Shown here: piece by piece, positions 29,994-41,826 of the stretch
How positions within the stretch are numbered: the stretch's first letter is position 1
Layout: the number at the start of each line of letters is the position of its first letter
Assembly: GCA_965203275.1 (NCBI GenBank)
Contig: OZ241865.1
Span: 1,888,001 to 1,952,000 of the forward strand
DNA from: Bdellovibrionales bacterium
GTDB taxonomy: Bacteria > Bdellovibrionota > Bdellovibrionia > Bdellovibrionales > JAUICD01
Reading direction: 5' to 3'
Length of the DNA stretch: 64,000 nucleotides
Notes under the pieces: model-generated
Seen by the model: only the letters and a program-made list of their open reading frames with translations
Databases searched by the model: none
Told to the model about the DNA's origin: nothing
Translations under genes and position numbers: made by a program

Positions 29994-30929
29994 TTAGTCT
30001 GCATTACCACGTCCTCTTATCCTTCGGAGTCGCCTATGGTTATAATAACTCTCTCTAGTTTGAGTACTAGGAAAAAGCTCATCCCGAATCTGACTAGGGG
30101 GTATTTTTCGAGGATCTCCTACGGCACATCTTTTGCGAGCTGTACAAATAACTTGAGAGTTTAATAACTGACCTATTTTATCTTGCATGTAGGCCCCTAA
30201 TACTGTGTTGTCATAAATTCTTTCAACCTGGTCTAAAACTTCATCTATATTTCCTAGACTGTCATCCAAATCAGAAAGTTTTACTCGTAAGCGTAGGGTT
30301 TCAATCGTTGCATCTTGACGTTCTCTTACCCTCCTGTCCTCTGGTGGCACAGCTCCTGTAATTCGATCTTCCATTCCATCTAGATCACTTTGTAGTCTCT
30401 CCAACTCCGCTCTCTTTAGTCTAAGCCTTCCCCCTATTTCAAAATACTTTTGTCTTGATGTATTGTATAGATCAGCTAGTCTTTGTGAAATTCTTGTCCT
30501 CGTATAGAAAACTCCGCCACCATGCTGTGCAGTATGTTGCTGTCTCTTAACACAGAAATGTTGGTCATTTTGGGTCTGTATAGTCCCCTCTGGACATGGT
30601 CTTTGCATTCCTCGTGCAATAGGGATCAGTTCCTGTCGTAATTTGTCTATCTCGTCTTCCGCGTCCATTATAGATCTCCATTGGTTTACTCTCCTTGTAT
30701 TGATAGCATTTACTTCGGCTTCAACGGTTGCCCCATCAGTAAGGGGAGCTGTACTACTTCTATTTGGTGCTCTGGTTGTCCCTGTCCCACTACCACCCAC
30801 CAGGAAGTGTTTGAGACCATCTAAAAAACCTTGTGAAAATGCTGTATTAGATACAAAGCCAATTAATATAAAGATGATTAGACATCCTTGGCAGATTATT
30901 TTTTTGTTTGGAACACAAAACAAATACAT
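29994..30929 (-). CDS. Secreted coiled-coil paralog 3 (probable true start 31110, out of frame at poly-C)
   Basis: Conserved termini, variable centre. Confidence 0.85.
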   Translation of the reverse strand: MYLFCVPNKKIICQGCLIIFILIGFVSNTAFSQGFLDGLKHFLVGGSGTGTTRAPNRSSTAPLTDGATVEAEVNAINTRRVNQWRSIMDAEDEIDKLRQELIPIARGMQRPCPEGTIQTQNDQHFCVKRQQHTAQHGGGVFYTRTRISQRLADLYNTSRQKYFEIGGRLRLKRAELERLQSDLDGMEDRITGAVPPEDRRVRERQDATIETLRLRVKLSDLDDSLGNIDEVLDQVERIYDNTVLGAYMQDKIGQLLNSQVICTARKRCAVGDPRKIPPSQIRDELFPSTQTRESYYNHRRLRRIRGRGNAD

Positions 30930-31058
30930 GAGTTGTTTTAAACTTATGATTTTGTAAGGTAAATAAAATAATACTTTGATCAGCTTGAGATTATAAAATG
31001 ATAAAATAAACTGTCTTAAAGATTTACGTGCTAAAAAATAGCTATGACGCGACGTGTT

Positions 31059-31070
31059 GGGGGGGGGGGG
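31059..31070 (-). repeat. C12 homopolymer in the 5' coding region
   Basis: G12 on the + strand. Confidence 0.9.
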
Positions 31071-31472
31071 TTGATAAAAATTTAATAAAATTAATAATAA
31101 AATTAGTCATGATACACCTCTCTTTTTTAAAATTTGAAAAATTGAATATTTTACTCATTTAACAACTTAAAAATTTTTTAAGTTCTAACTTAACTAATAG
31201 TTCGGCTCTATTTATTAAATCCTTTAGCTTTTATTTCAATTTTTGAGAATGCTTTATTTATAGGTATTAGAGATATTTGCAGGACTTTTGACTTACTTAA
31301 GGATAAAAAACATGGTATAAGGAATTTATCAATTTATTTATCGGATATAGGTCTATGAAACTTAATTATATAAGTAGATTTTATCAAAATTGGCAAGTTG
31401 GTGATGCGATCAGGCCCCTCAGTGGGACTCACTATAAGATGTGCTTATAAACCGCCCACATACGGGCGTAGC

Positions 31473-32871
31473 GAGCTTGTCCCTAGCATCGGTGAAAATA
31501 GACGGCTCATAATTTAGTTTTTAATTGTTTTTTCTTTTTGTCAATAATAACTTTTGTCAAACTTTTTTCTAATTGTTTTAAGTCTTTAAATCCTTTAATA
31601 CTTTTGAAATGTTTTTCTGCTTCCAATAGACTCACAGCAGACCATCTTAAAACTTGATCTGAAGAAGACCCCCAGTTCTTTACCCTACGAACTTTTTCCC
31701 TCACAACTGAAAAAACAGACTCAATAGGATTTGTCGATGATAATGACTTCCTTAAAAGTAACGAAACTCCAAGCTTGATCGTTGTCAGTGTCTCCATCTC
31801 TGCTTCTTTTAAAGAAGTGAATGCTGAATGATTGACACGCTTTAACCAGCTTAATAAAGACTCATGCTCTAGCTTAGAAGACTTCTCATCTGGCATACCA
31901 TGTAACTTCTTCCAACGACTCTTAAACTCTATGTGATGACTTGGAGGTAAGCAACTCAGAATATTTCTCTCTTTATGCTGAATACAACGCTGAACAACTG
32001 AACGACCTGAAAATACTCTATCTATTCCCTTCCTTAATGCTTTGCTACCATCAATCACAAAAAGATAACCCTTCTCTTTATCAAGACCACGACCTATAAG
32101 TGCCTCCAGAAGGTCTCGGCAAACTTCCCAACTCTCTGTATTGCCTTCTCTAAGACCTAATATAACCTTTTTACCTTCATCTGTGATACCTAAGGCCACT
32201 ATAACCAGCCTAGAACCAAAACCCACACCATCTATCATTATCGCTGGAAACTTGTACTTACTTAAATACGATTGTTAATCGACTCAAGGGCTTGTTTAGA
32301 TGACTTATTAAAAACTTTACTTACACTACTCCTAGAAAGTCCAAGGCCTCCTGAAATATCATCTAAAAGATGATTGTAATTCCGTGATGAAACTCCAGTC
32401 ATTACATGTTTTAAAACACGATCACTGAGTATGTCATAGTGTTGAAGGGCTGAATAGATCTTAAGCCTCACTTCACGATCTGACTCCTTAACACGAGGCT
32501 TCCTGACCTGCAACCTTTGACCACCTGCAAGTATGCTACCTTTATCACTACCAGCTCTACGATATGATGTATCTCGATGACGACCATAACGCTCACCGCA
32601 AAGCTCTAATAGCTCAGCTTCAAAAAAACCATAGACCGAACAAAGAATAGATGACTTGATCTTATCCTCTACAACCTGACGAATTTCTGACAAAGTATTG
32701 TCTGAAAATTGAAATGAATGACTATTTTTGGTACACTTCATAATGGCTCCTTTCTTTTTATTTTTAAAAGTTAATTGTTAATAAAAATTGGTTGGCTGAA
32801 ATATGCCAACCGGGAGCCTTCTATCTTAACATCTTCTCTAAGAAAAATTCACCGAATTATAGGACATGCTC
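31473..32871 (-). mobile_element. IS256-family element with an 8-bp target duplication
   Basis: Imperfect IR gagcttgtccctagcatcggtgaa / ttcaccgaattataggacatgctc. TSD ggcgtagc at 31465 and 32872. Confidence 0.92.
31507..32741 (-). pseudogene. IS256 transposase split by a frameshift (32262-32741 and 31507-32238)
   Basis: MIDG, ALGITDEGKKVILG, VIDGSKAL, QRCIQHKERN, STNPIES. Confidence 0.9.
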
Positions 32872-33101
32872 GGCGTAGCCCATAAACAAAGAGGCTGTCA
32901 AGCCCCTTTTCAAACAATTATGAATTTATCTACAATAATAGAAATTAATTATTTATTTTGTCTATTTTTTTTATTAACCATCTCATTAGTTACAGGATTT
33001 AATAAGACATGAACATCTTTCGCAAGTGATTCTACAATTTTTCTCATTTCATTTGGACGTTATCGTCTTGAATCTTCTTAATCTCGGCATGTACTTGTTC
33101 A

Positions 33102-34703
33102 TTAGAGAGGAATATTGCCATGACGTTTAGGTGGTGTGTGATCTTTTTTATTTTGTAACATAGTTAAAGATTGAATGATTCGCTTTCTTGTCCATGCAGG
33201 TTCAATGACTTCATCAATATAACCTAGCTGTGCTGCAAGATAAGGACTGGCAAATACTTTTTGATAATCTTCTGTTAGTTTTTGCTTTTCTTTTTGAGGG
33301 TCTTGAGCCTTTTTGATTTGTTCTCTAAAAATAATATTCACTGCTCCTTCAGGTCCCATCACTGCAATTTCAGCTGTGGGATAAGCTAAATTAACATCAC
33401 TACGTAAATGCTTAGAAGCCATAACATCATAAGCTCCTCCGTATGCCTTTCTAGTAATAACAGTGATTTTAGGAACAGTGGCTTCAGCATAAGCATAGAG
33501 GAGTTTTGCTCCATGGGTGATGATTCCATTCCATTCTTGATCTGTTCCTGGCAAGAAGCCAGGCACATCAGCTAAGGTGATCAAGGGAATATGAAACGCA
33601 TCACAAAAACGCACAAATCGAGCTGCTTTGATCGAGGCTGCAATATTCAGACAACCTGCTAAAACCTCTGGTTGGTTAGCTACAATACCAACACTTTGAC
33701 CATTAAACCTTGCAAAACCTACAATAATATTTTGAGCATAGTCTTTTTGAACTTCAAAGAAATAATTATCATCTACAATGTGTTTAATGATTTCTTTCAT
33801 ATTATAAGGTTTCTTAGGATTAGAAGGAATCAAATCATTGAGTAGTTGAATATAACGATGAGGATCATCTGTGGTGGGGAGGATAGGTGAGTCATCTAAG
33901 TTATTGCTAGGCAAAAAACTCATAAGCTCTCTAATTAAAAGCAAGCAGTGTTTATCATCCTCTGTAGCAAAGTGAGCTACTCCTGATTTTTGAGCATGAG
34001 TTAAGGCTCCACCAAGATTTTCTTTTGTTACTTCTTCATGGGTGACTGTTTTAATCACATCAGGCCCTGTGACAAACATATAGCTGGTATTTTTGACCAT
34101 AAATATAAAGTCTGTAATGCTAGGACTATAAACAGCTCCTCCAGCACAAGGTCCCATAATAGCACTGATTTGTGGAATAGTACCTGATGCAAGAGTATTC
34201 CTTAAAAAAATATCTGCAAAACCTCCTAAAGCTTCTACACCTTCTTGAATCCTAGCTCCCCCAGAATCATTTAAACCAATAATAGGTACTCCATTTTTCA
34301 TGGCAAGATCTAAAACCTTGCAGATCTTTTTAGCATGCGATCCTGAGAGACTTCCACCAAAAACTGTAAAATCTTGGCTATAAATATAAACAGGTCGACC
34401 TTTAATAAGTCCATGACCTGTGATCACTCCATCCCCTAAAATGCGTTTATCTTGCATGCCAAAATAATGACACCTGTGTACTACAAATTGATCTATTTCA
34501 ACAAAGCTCTCTGGATCAAGGAGAATATCTAGCCTTTGCCTTGCAGTTAAACGTCCACCTGCCGTTTGCTTTTTGAGCTTTTCTGGACCACCTGCTTGAA
34601 GTGCTAATTGTTGCTTGTCCTGTAGTTGCTTAAGCAATATCTGATGACTTTTATTGTCTTTTACTTCTGTTTGTTGATGAGATTTTTCTTTTGTTTTTAT
34701 CAT
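33102..34703 (-). CDS. pccB: Acyl-CoA (propionyl-CoA) carboxylase beta subunit
   Basis: [45 protein letters not shown]. Confidence 0.93.
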   Translation of the reverse strand: MIKTKEKSHQQTEVKDNKSHQILLKQLQDKQQLALQAGGPEKLKKQTAGGRLTARQRLDILLDPESFVEIDQFVVHRCHYFGMQDKRILGDGVITGHGLIKGRPVYIYSQDFTVFGGSLSGSHAKKICKVLDLAMKNGVPIIGLNDSGGARIQEGVEALGGFADIFLRNTLASGTIPQISAIMGPCAGGAVYSPSITDFIFMVKNTSYMFVTGPDVIKTVTHEEVTKENLGGALTHAQKSGVAHFATEDDKHCLLLIRELMSFLPSNNLDDSPILPTTDDPHRYIQLLNDLIPSNPKKPYNMKEIIKHIVDDNYFFEVQKDYAQNIIVGFARFNGQSVGIVANQPEVLAGCLNIAASIKAARFVRFCDAFHIPLITLADVPGFLPGTDQEWNGIITHGAKLLYAYAEATVPKITVITRKAYGGAYDVMASKHLRSDVNLAYPTAEIAVMGPEGAVNIIFREQIKKAQDPQKEKQKLTEDYQKVFASPYLAAQLGYIDEVIEPAWTRKRIIQSLTMLQNKKDHTPPKRHGNIPL

Positions 34704-34785
34704 ATATAAGTGTCCTATTTTGTGATTGACTATGATGTTTTATAGCAAAGCCACTTTACTCATCACATCAATAAAAAGCAAGAGG

Positions 34786-35949
34786 CTACAAAAGATCAAG
34801 TAAGGCTTCTACTTTATTGGTTTTTTCCCAAGTAAACCCTTCTTCAATACGACCAAAATGACCATAAGCAGCTGTCTTTAAATATTTAGGCGTTAGAAGA
34901 TCAAACTCCTTGATCATACCAGAAGGGCTTAAATTCCATAGCTTTTCAATAGCTTTAACAAGTTTTTCTTCCTCTTGTTGAGAAGTGCCAAAAGTATTGA
35001 CCATAATGCTGATAGGAAGAGGATGACCAATCACATAAGACAGCTGGACTAAACATTTTTGAGCGATCTTTGCTTTGACAATATTTTTGGCAATATGCCT
35101 TGCTGCATAAGCAGCAGAGCGATCTACTTTGGAGGGATCTTTTCCACTAAAAGCTCCTCCACCATGGGCTCCATGCCCTCCGTATGTATCTACAATGATC
35201 TTTCGGCCTGTCAGTCCACAATCCCCCATAGGCCCTCCAATCACAAACCGACCACTAGGATTGATATCATACTGTGTTTTTTGATCTATCAATTTTTGAG
35301 GTAAAACCTTATCAATCACTTCATCCCTAATAGCCGATTCAAATAAATTTTTATCACGGCGAGGACATTTATCTGGTATATGTTGTGTGCTGATCACCAC
35401 ACGATCTATTCTTTGAGGAATGCCATTTTGATATTCTACAGTGACCTGACTTTTGCTATCAGGCCAAATAAAATCAATGCGTTTTTCTGTCCTAGCTTTA
35501 TCTAGCTCTTGCATTAAACGATGGGCATAATGTATAGACAAAGGCATCATTTCTGGTGTTTCATCCACAGCATATCCAAATACAAGCCCTTGATCTCCTG
35601 CCCCTAATTCTGTATCCTCTGTAGCTTGAATCCCATGAGCAATATCCTGACTTTGTTCATCAATAGATGAAATAACAGCACAGGTTTTATAATCAAAACC
35701 CATTTGAGCATCTGTATATCCAATGTCTTTAACAAGATGACGAGCTATTTTAGGAACATCCAATGGGGCTTGAGTAGAAATTTCTCCAGCAACAACGATT
35801 AGACCTGTTGTGACAAGAACCTCACAAGCCACACGCCCTTGAGGGTCGCAAGTTAAAACTTTGTCTAAAATAGCATCACTTAATTGATCGGCTATTTTAT
35901 CAGCGTGTCCTCTGGATACTGATTCGCTTGTAAACTTGTAATGTTGCAT
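34786..35949 (-). CDS. metK: S-adenosylmethionine synthetase
   Basis: FTSESV..GH.DK, GAGDQG, GGGAFSGKDPSKVDRS. Confidence 0.97.
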   Translation of the reverse strand: MQHYKFTSESVSRGHADKIADQLSDAILDKVLTCDPQGRVACEVLVTTGLIVVAGEISTQAPLDVPKIARHLVKDIGYTDAQMGFDYKTCAVISSIDEQSQDIAHGIQATEDTELGAGDQGLVFGYAVDETPEMMPLSIHYAHRLMQELDKARTEKRIDFIWPDSKSQVTVEYQNGIPQRIDRVVISTQHIPDKCPRRDKNLFESAIRDEVIDKVLPQKLIDQKTQYDINPSGRFVIGGPMGDCGLTGRKIIVDTYGGHGAHGGGAFSGKDPSKVDRSAAYAARHIAKNIVKAKIAQKCLVQLSYVIGHPLPISIMVNTFGTSQQEEEKLVKAIEKLWNLSPSGMIKEFDLLTPKYLKTAAYGHFGRIEEGFTWEKTNKVEALLDLL

Positions 35950-36075
35950 TTTGAAAACCTCAACTAAATATTTATAAACACACTATTATAACAAATATTT
36001 TTTATAGAAATCAAAATAAAATGCATATTTTTTTATATTTATTTACTTAGGACATAAGTGCAAAAATATCGTAAT

Positions 36076-38142
36076 TTATCCGCTAGTGGCAAGTGCAAAA
36101 AGTCCATCTTTTTTAGAAAGTTGTGCTTTCAATGCTTGATGTTCTTTTTGTGTGAGATGGGGGTCCTTTTGAAAAAGCTCCTTAGCAGCTTGATGTGCTT
36201 CTAAAAGCAAATGTTTATCTCTGAGAAGATTAGCCATTTTAAACCCTTCAATCCCTGATTGACGAGTACCTAAAAAATCACCAGGTCCTCTTACTTCTAA
36301 ATCTTTATCTGCTATTTGAAATCCATCATTTGTCTGCTCTAAAACATATATTCTTTTTATAGCTTCACCAGAAACCCTTTGTCCTAGCATCAAGATACAA
36401 TAACTCTTATGAGAGCCTCTGCCCACACGGCCTCTTAGCTGATGAAGCTGTGAAAGTCCAAAACATTCTGCATGTTCTATCCATATCAAATTAGCATTAG
36501 GAACATCCATACCTACTTCAATCACTGTGGTAGAAACTAACATAGAAATTTCCCCCTTTCGAAAATCATCCATAATTATTTCTTTCTCTGATGATTTGAG
36601 TTTGCCATGTATCAGACCTAAAGAAAATTCTTTAAAATCTTCTTTTAAAACTTCAAACTCTGACATAGCATCTTTTAAAAATTCCTTTTTTTCACTTTCT
36701 TCTACAAGTGGATAGATCACATAAGCTTGCCGACCTTGTCGGAGCTGCTGTCTTATGAATTCTATAACCTTAGGTCTTTGATGTTGCCTAACCATTCTAG
36801 TGATCACAGGCTGTCGGCCAGAAGGCATTTGATCAATAATAGAAATATCTAGATCGCCATAGAGAGTCATAGAGAGTGATCGAGGGATAGGCGTTGCTGT
36901 CATCACCAATAAATGAGAGCCTTTCACCTTAAGCTGTCTTCTTTGATGTACACCAAAGCGGTGCTGTTCATCTATAATAGACAGGGCTAAATTTTTAAAT
37001 TGTACATCCTCTTGAATTAAAGCATGAGTTCCAATACATAATTGGCTTGCTCCAGTTTTGATTTTTTCTAGTCTTTTGGTTCTCTCTGATTTTTTAAGTC
37101 CTCCTGTTAGCAGTGTGACCTCAACGTTCATGCTAGCAAATAAAGAAACGGCATTCTGATAATGTTGTTCAGCTAAAACTTCTGTAGGAACCATAAATGC
37201 TACCTGATAACCGCTTTGAATAGTGTGTAGAGTAGCTAAAAAAGCCACTATGGTTTTCCCACAGCCTACATCTCCTTGGATGAGCCGATGCATAGGTCTT
37301 GGCAGTTTGAGGTCTTGTTTGATTTCTGAAAGGACTCGAACTTGAGCTGGAGTCAAAGTGATCTTCAATAATTTGAGAGCTTGGTCTTGTAAAGCTTGAC
37401 TGTCTTGGTCAATGACAAAAGATTTTTTATGTGAGGTAAGTGATTTTCTGGCTAAGGCCACCAGTTGCATCCAAAAAAACTCTTCAAATTTAATTCTTTT
37501 GTGAGCAGGAGAGACTCCATTCATAAGGTCTTGAGCCATACGTATATGAGGTGTGTGGAGATCTCGCAAAGCAGTTTCTTTAAATATTAACTGGTATTTT
37601 TGTCTCAACCACTCAGGGAGTGGGTCTTGAATTTTCCCTTTAAGTATTTCAAGAGAGGTCTCTATCATACGCAGTAATTTTTTGTGGCTAATAGGATCCA
37701 TATCTGTGTAGAGAGGAATGATCTGGTGAGGATTTTCTTGCTCTGTATAATCTAAAATATCAGGATGATGAAATTCTTTTTGACCACGATAAAAGCTCAC
37801 CTTCCCTTCAACACGTACCTTCATATCAGCTTGAAAGCGGTCAAAGTAACCTTTATAAGGTTGTTTAAAATATTTGCAATGAATATACCCTGAATGATCT
37901 TTAAGCACCACTTCCCATATTCTTATATGATGAGAAAAACGCACACTGACAACAGTAGCTACAAGGCTGACATTTTCTCCTGGTTGGAGCTGTTGTATAG
38001 ATTGACAAGCTCTATAATCACGATAAGAGCGAGGATATGTATGCAATAAGTCTTCTAGGGTATTGATGTCTCTTCTCTCTAGGACCTTAGCTAGCCTAGG
38101 CCCTACGCCTTTTAAATACTGTATAGATGTTGATGGTTCCAT
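36076..38142 (-). CDS. recG: ATP-dependent DNA helicase RecG
   Basis: QGDVGCGKT, DEQHRFGV, MTATPIPR, QLHQLRGRVGRG. Confidence 0.97.
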   Translation of the reverse strand: MEPSTSIQYLKGVGPRLAKVLERRDINTLEDLLHTYPRSYRDYRACQSIQQLQPGENVSLVATVVSVRFSHHIRIWEVVLKDHSGYIHCKYFKQPYKGYFDRFQADMKVRVEGKVSFYRGQKEFHHPDILDYTEQENPHQIIPLYTDMDPISHKKLLRMIETSLEILKGKIQDPLPEWLRQKYQLIFKETALRDLHTPHIRMAQDLMNGVSPAHKRIKFEEFFWMQLVALARKSLTSHKKSFVIDQDSQALQDQALKLLKITLTPAQVRVLSEIKQDLKLPRPMHRLIQGDVGCGKTIVAFLATLHTIQSGYQVAFMVPTEVLAEQHYQNAVSLFASMNVEVTLLTGGLKKSERTKRLEKIKTGASQLCIGTHALIQEDVQFKNLALSIIDEQHRFGVHQRRQLKVKGSHLLVMTATPIPRSLSMTLYGDLDISIIDQMPSGRQPVITRMVRQHQRPKVIEFIRQQLRQGRQAYVIYPLVEESEKKEFLKDAMSEFEVLKEDFKEFSLGLIHGKLKSSEKEIIMDDFRKGEISMLVSTTVIEVGMDVPNANLIWIEHAECFGLSQLHQLRGRVGRGSHKSYCILMLGQRVSGEAIKRIYVLEQTNDGFQIADKDLEVRGPGDFLGTRQSGIEGFKMANLLRDKHLLLEAHQAAKELFQKDPHLTQKEHQALKAQLSKKDGLFALATSG

Positions 38143-38456
38143 AAGCTTTACCTTTTGATTTTGATAAAGTCACCTTGACACTTATAGAAATAATAATAGT
38201 TTATATAAAAATTATTTTTTGTTTTCTTCTTATAGTTAGTATTTTGGATATAATTTTTCTGTGGGGATATCCCTTGCATTTAAATTTATTAAGCTATAAT
38301 ATCGATAAAACTTGTCTTTGTCAATAAAAAATGATGAGAAGATTATGAAAAATTGAACATTTTATTGTTGTTCAATCCCGAGTTTGACAGTTGTCTTACA
38401 ATCTGTGGATATCTTTTTAAAAAAGAAAGTCAAAGCATTTTAACTTTTATTTACTT

Positions 38457-41400
38457 TTATTTAGGTTCATATCTAAGTCCCATAGAGCAAACAATATGTG
38501 GCTTTTCATCCATTCTTTGAGCTTCTTTTTTATTAACAAGGGTTTCATTTTTATATCTTTCTAAGAGAAAATCTTGGATGTCTTTATCAGGTATTTTCCT
38601 TCTAAACATTCTATTTAAGGTATGTTGAACTTCGTGAGATAAAGGGTAATGGTAAATATCTTCTATAATTTGTGAGATAGTGTCATCTGGATTTGAGATG
38701 AATATGAGTTTGTCATAAATCTTTCTTCTAGGATTGCGAGAATTACCTAGATGACCAGATAAAGATAAAATGTTGAGTTGTTTTTCAACAAGCTTTAACC
38801 CTGATTCTACAATTTTATAATGGTCTTCTGACCTTTTCCAAGCTTTTGTGTCAGGTGAACATTTTGCTATTTGAAGAATAGCCCTTTGATCTTCTGTAAG
38901 ACTCTCCCCCTTTTTATTTAAGTGTAGCAAATAATTATTGATGTGAGATTTTGCGAATAACAAAACACCTTCATGCTGGCTCTTTGCAATACTTTTTGAA
39001 GCATGGACTACATTAGGCAGGGTTTTAATTCGATTAGCTAATGAAGGATTTTGTTTAATGCCTTTGTTCCATATTTCTAAAGCGTATGAAGACAAATCCA
39101 CATCTTCTAATATTTCTTTTTCTAATACATTTGAATTTTCATTGTAGAGATCTATCAAAATTTGTTTTTCATTTTCAAAAAACTGCTCATCTGTTCCAAT
39201 CACTTCTGCATTTTCTTTGAGTCTGTTTTGAATCCGATCTTTTAAGTGGATATGTTTCTCTAAATCTTCATCAGGCATAAAAGAGTAACAAAAAATTTTA
39301 TCTGATTTTTGTCCAATACGATCCACCCTTCCTACTCTTTGAATAAGTTTTATAATAGCCCAAGGCAAATCATAATTGATGACGGTATGACAATCTTGCA
39401 AATTCTGCCCTTCACTTAAAACATCTGTTGTGATCAAAATATCAATCTCAGAATTATTATCTTCTTTAATGTTAAATTCATTGCTGACAGGACTAAATCT
39501 TTTGATCAGAGGCTGGATATTGTCCATTCCTCCAGTAATAAGCCCTGCTTTTTTAATCCCTCTTTGTTCTAACTGTTTGTTAAGATAAGTAGCTGTTTCT
39601 CTTGATTGAGTAAAAATTAAAACTTTGTTTTGGCTCTCTCTTAACATGGTTTCAAGTTTTTGCAATTTAAGATCTTTTTCAGGTTGCCAATCTTGAGATT
39701 TTTTAAGAAGAGAAATCATTTGATTGGTGTCTTTTTTTAAGTCTTCTTTGAGCTTGTCTGTAAAATAATCAGAAGAAATCCATCGCAAAGTTTGAGTGTT
39801 TTGCTCTTTATACTGTTTATAAACCTCTAAAGCTTTTTGATAGAACTTTTCGAAATCTGTGAAGAAATAACCTGTGTCTGTTTCTTCTTGTTCACCAGCA
39901 AAACCAGTCATACCACCTTCCCTATCGTCAAAGGCATCAGAGATCAATTCGCTACTTTTTTCTCTTACGATCAAATCTTGATGATGGTCAATGGCATAAA
40001 TAAAAATACAATTTCTTAAAACATGCCTCTGGATGGATTGCAGAAAAGCAAAACCACTACTCTCTAACCTTTTAAATAAATTGATACGACAAAAGCCTTT
40101 AGGTTGACTCCTTGATTGCTTTAAATCTTTAAAAATATTTGCTTCTTTGTGTGATAAATTTTTTAAATTTTGTTTTTTATAGTTATAAAGGTCATACCTA
40201 GGCAATCTTAGGTTATTGATCATGTTGACTACGTCTTGTGAAAAAAGTCTTTTATACTGTTGGTCCACTTTATATTTAATGGTTTTAGCTATTCTTTTTG
40301 GAAAAAACTTTTTATCTTTTGTTGAAGTTTCTATATAATCTCTGCCACTACTATCTTTTTTGCCATAATTTTGCTTAATAAAACTTCTGGTTCTACGGAC
40401 TAAAAATTGAGCCATTAGCTGTTGCCAATCTTCAGAATGTGTAGATTGTTCAAAAGCTTTTAGTGATGAACTTAAACCTTCATAAGAATTTTCTTTTAAA
40501 AATTTGTGAGGACGAATACCTAAATCAACATCTGGATCAATAAAAAGCCCTAACTGACTAGAAAGATCAACATAAGTTTTATTGTAAGGAGTGGCTGATA
40601 GTAAAATACACTTGCTATCATTTTGAGTGATATAGTCTTTGACAACTTGGTATCTTTTACCAAGTGGGTTTCTAAGATTATGACTTTCATCAATAATAAC
40701 AATTTGATGTCTTCTAAGATCTGGTAACTTTTTTTGCACTTGGCTAATAGGGATAGTTGTTGCTCTGATTTGCCATTTCTGTCTTTGATCTTCCCACATA
40801 TTTTCCAAGTTTTTAGGGCATAAAATCAAAGTTTGCCAACCATGTTCTTCCTCAAGGATTTTAGCTACAGAAATAGCCATAAGAGTTTTACCTAGTCCTA
40901 CAACATCTCCAATCAATACACCATTTCTGCGATATACATAGTGAGTAGCAATGCGAACCGCAGCTGACTGAAAATCAAATAAAGTATTTTGCAAATTTTT
41001 AGGTATGAAAAAATCAGTCAACCCTTGTCTAGCATCTTCTGAAAGATGATAGGCCATTTTCATATAAATATCATAAGGGGGCAGAAGTTTTTCACTTGCC
41101 CAACTCTCTGAAATCAAATCAATAACTTGTTCTGAAATGTCAATACTATATTGATCCTGCCATTTATCTTCAAACCATTGATTTAATTTTTGACAAGAGG
41201 ATTGATCTAATACGTCTATGTTCAGTTCACCATTTTTTTCTAACCCTGCATAAGTTAAGTTACTACTACCTAAAAAACCAATTTTCCCGGCAAATTCTTT
41301 TTTATTAAAGGTCAGGTAAAGCTTGGCATGAAGGGGATAACGAGTAAAAAGTTTAATGGTGAGCTTTTTTTCTTTGATCTGTTGTGCTAGCTTTCTTAAA

Positions 41401-41735
41401 GCTGTTTCATCTTCATTGGAAGGATTGCCTGTAGTCAGTTGCTTTTCAAATTTTTTAAGAGTTTCTTCTCTGAATTTTTTAGCTTGTTTATTATCAATAG
41501 ATGATTCTTCTTTTAATAATTCTTGTTTTAATTGATATGAAGGATTGTACATACCTAAGAGCAATCGACATTGGTTATTTGTATTTCCTTTGTATTGATC
41601 AATAAAGACAGCTAGCTTTTTCCAACCTCTTAGATTGAAATAAGCTGTACAAATATCGGATTTGTGAGATCTTTTAAGAGCATCAGTCAAGCCAGATAAA
41701 AAAGATATTTTTTGGTTGTCATAGATTGTTGGCAT
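38457..41735 (-). CDS. PLD-nuclease + SNF2-like helicase (restriction/defence associated)
   Basis: HAKLY...GSSNLT, GDVVGLGKT, IIDESHN, SEGQNLQ, QRVGRVDRIG. Confidence 0.9.
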   Translation of the reverse strand: MPTIYDNQKISFLSGLTDALKRSHKSDICTAYFNLRGWKKLAVFIDQYKGNTNNQCRLLLGMYNPSYQLKQELLKEESSIDNKQAKKFREETLKKFEKQLTTGNPSNEDETALRKLAQQIKEKKLTIKLFTRYPLHAKLYLTFNKKEFAGKIGFLGSSNLTYAGLEKNGELNIDVLDQSSCQKLNQWFEDKWQDQYSIDISEQVIDLISESWASEKLLPPYDIYMKMAYHLSEDARQGLTDFFIPKNLQNTLFDFQSAAVRIATHYVYRRNGVLIGDVVGLGKTLMAISVAKILEEEHGWQTLILCPKNLENMWEDQRQKWQIRATTIPISQVQKKLPDLRRHQIVIIDESHNLRNPLGKRYQVVKDYITQNDSKCILLSATPYNKTYVDLSSQLGLFIDPDVDLGIRPHKFLKENSYEGLSSSLKAFEQSTHSEDWQQLMAQFLVRRTRSFIKQNYGKKDSSGRDYIETSTKDKKFFPKRIAKTIKYKVDQQYKRLFSQDVVNMINNLRLPRYDLYNYKKQNLKNLSHKEANIFKDLKQSRSQPKGFCRINLFKRLESSGFAFLQSIQRHVLRNCIFIYAIDHHQDLIVREKSSELISDAFDDREGGMTGFAGEQEETDTGYFFTDFEKFYQKALEVYKQYKEQNTQTLRWISSDYFTDKLKEDLKKDTNQMISLLKKSQDWQPEKDLKLQKLETMLRESQNKVLIFTQSRETATYLNKQLEQRGIKKAGLITGGMDNIQPLIKRFSPVSNEFNIKEDNNSEIDILITTDVLSEGQNLQDCHTVINYDLPWAIIKLIQRVGRVDRIGQKSDKIFCYSFMPDEDLEKHIHLKDRIQNRLKENAEVIGTDEQFFENEKQILIDLYNENSNVLEKEILEDVDLSSYALEIWNKGIKQNPSLANRIKTLPNVVHASKSIAKSQHEGVLLFAKSHINNYLLHLNKKGESLTEDQRAILQIAKCSPDTKAWKRSEDHYKIVESGLKLVEKQLNILSLSGHLGNSRNPRRKIYDKLIFISNPDDTISQIIEDIYHYPLSHEVQHTLNRMFRRKIPDKDIQDFLLERYKNETLVNKKEAQRMDEKPHIVCSMGLRYEPK

Positions 41736-41826
41736 TAGAAAAGTTTAACCTTCTTAAGTCGTTTAACCTTCTTAAATTACTGCACATGTTATTCTTTATT
41801 TACTTTGTATTTTCAATTATTTACAT

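Noticed and set aside
35950..36075. SAM riboswitch upstream of metK
   Set aside because: Short, very AT-rich spacer with no recognisable aptamer motif.
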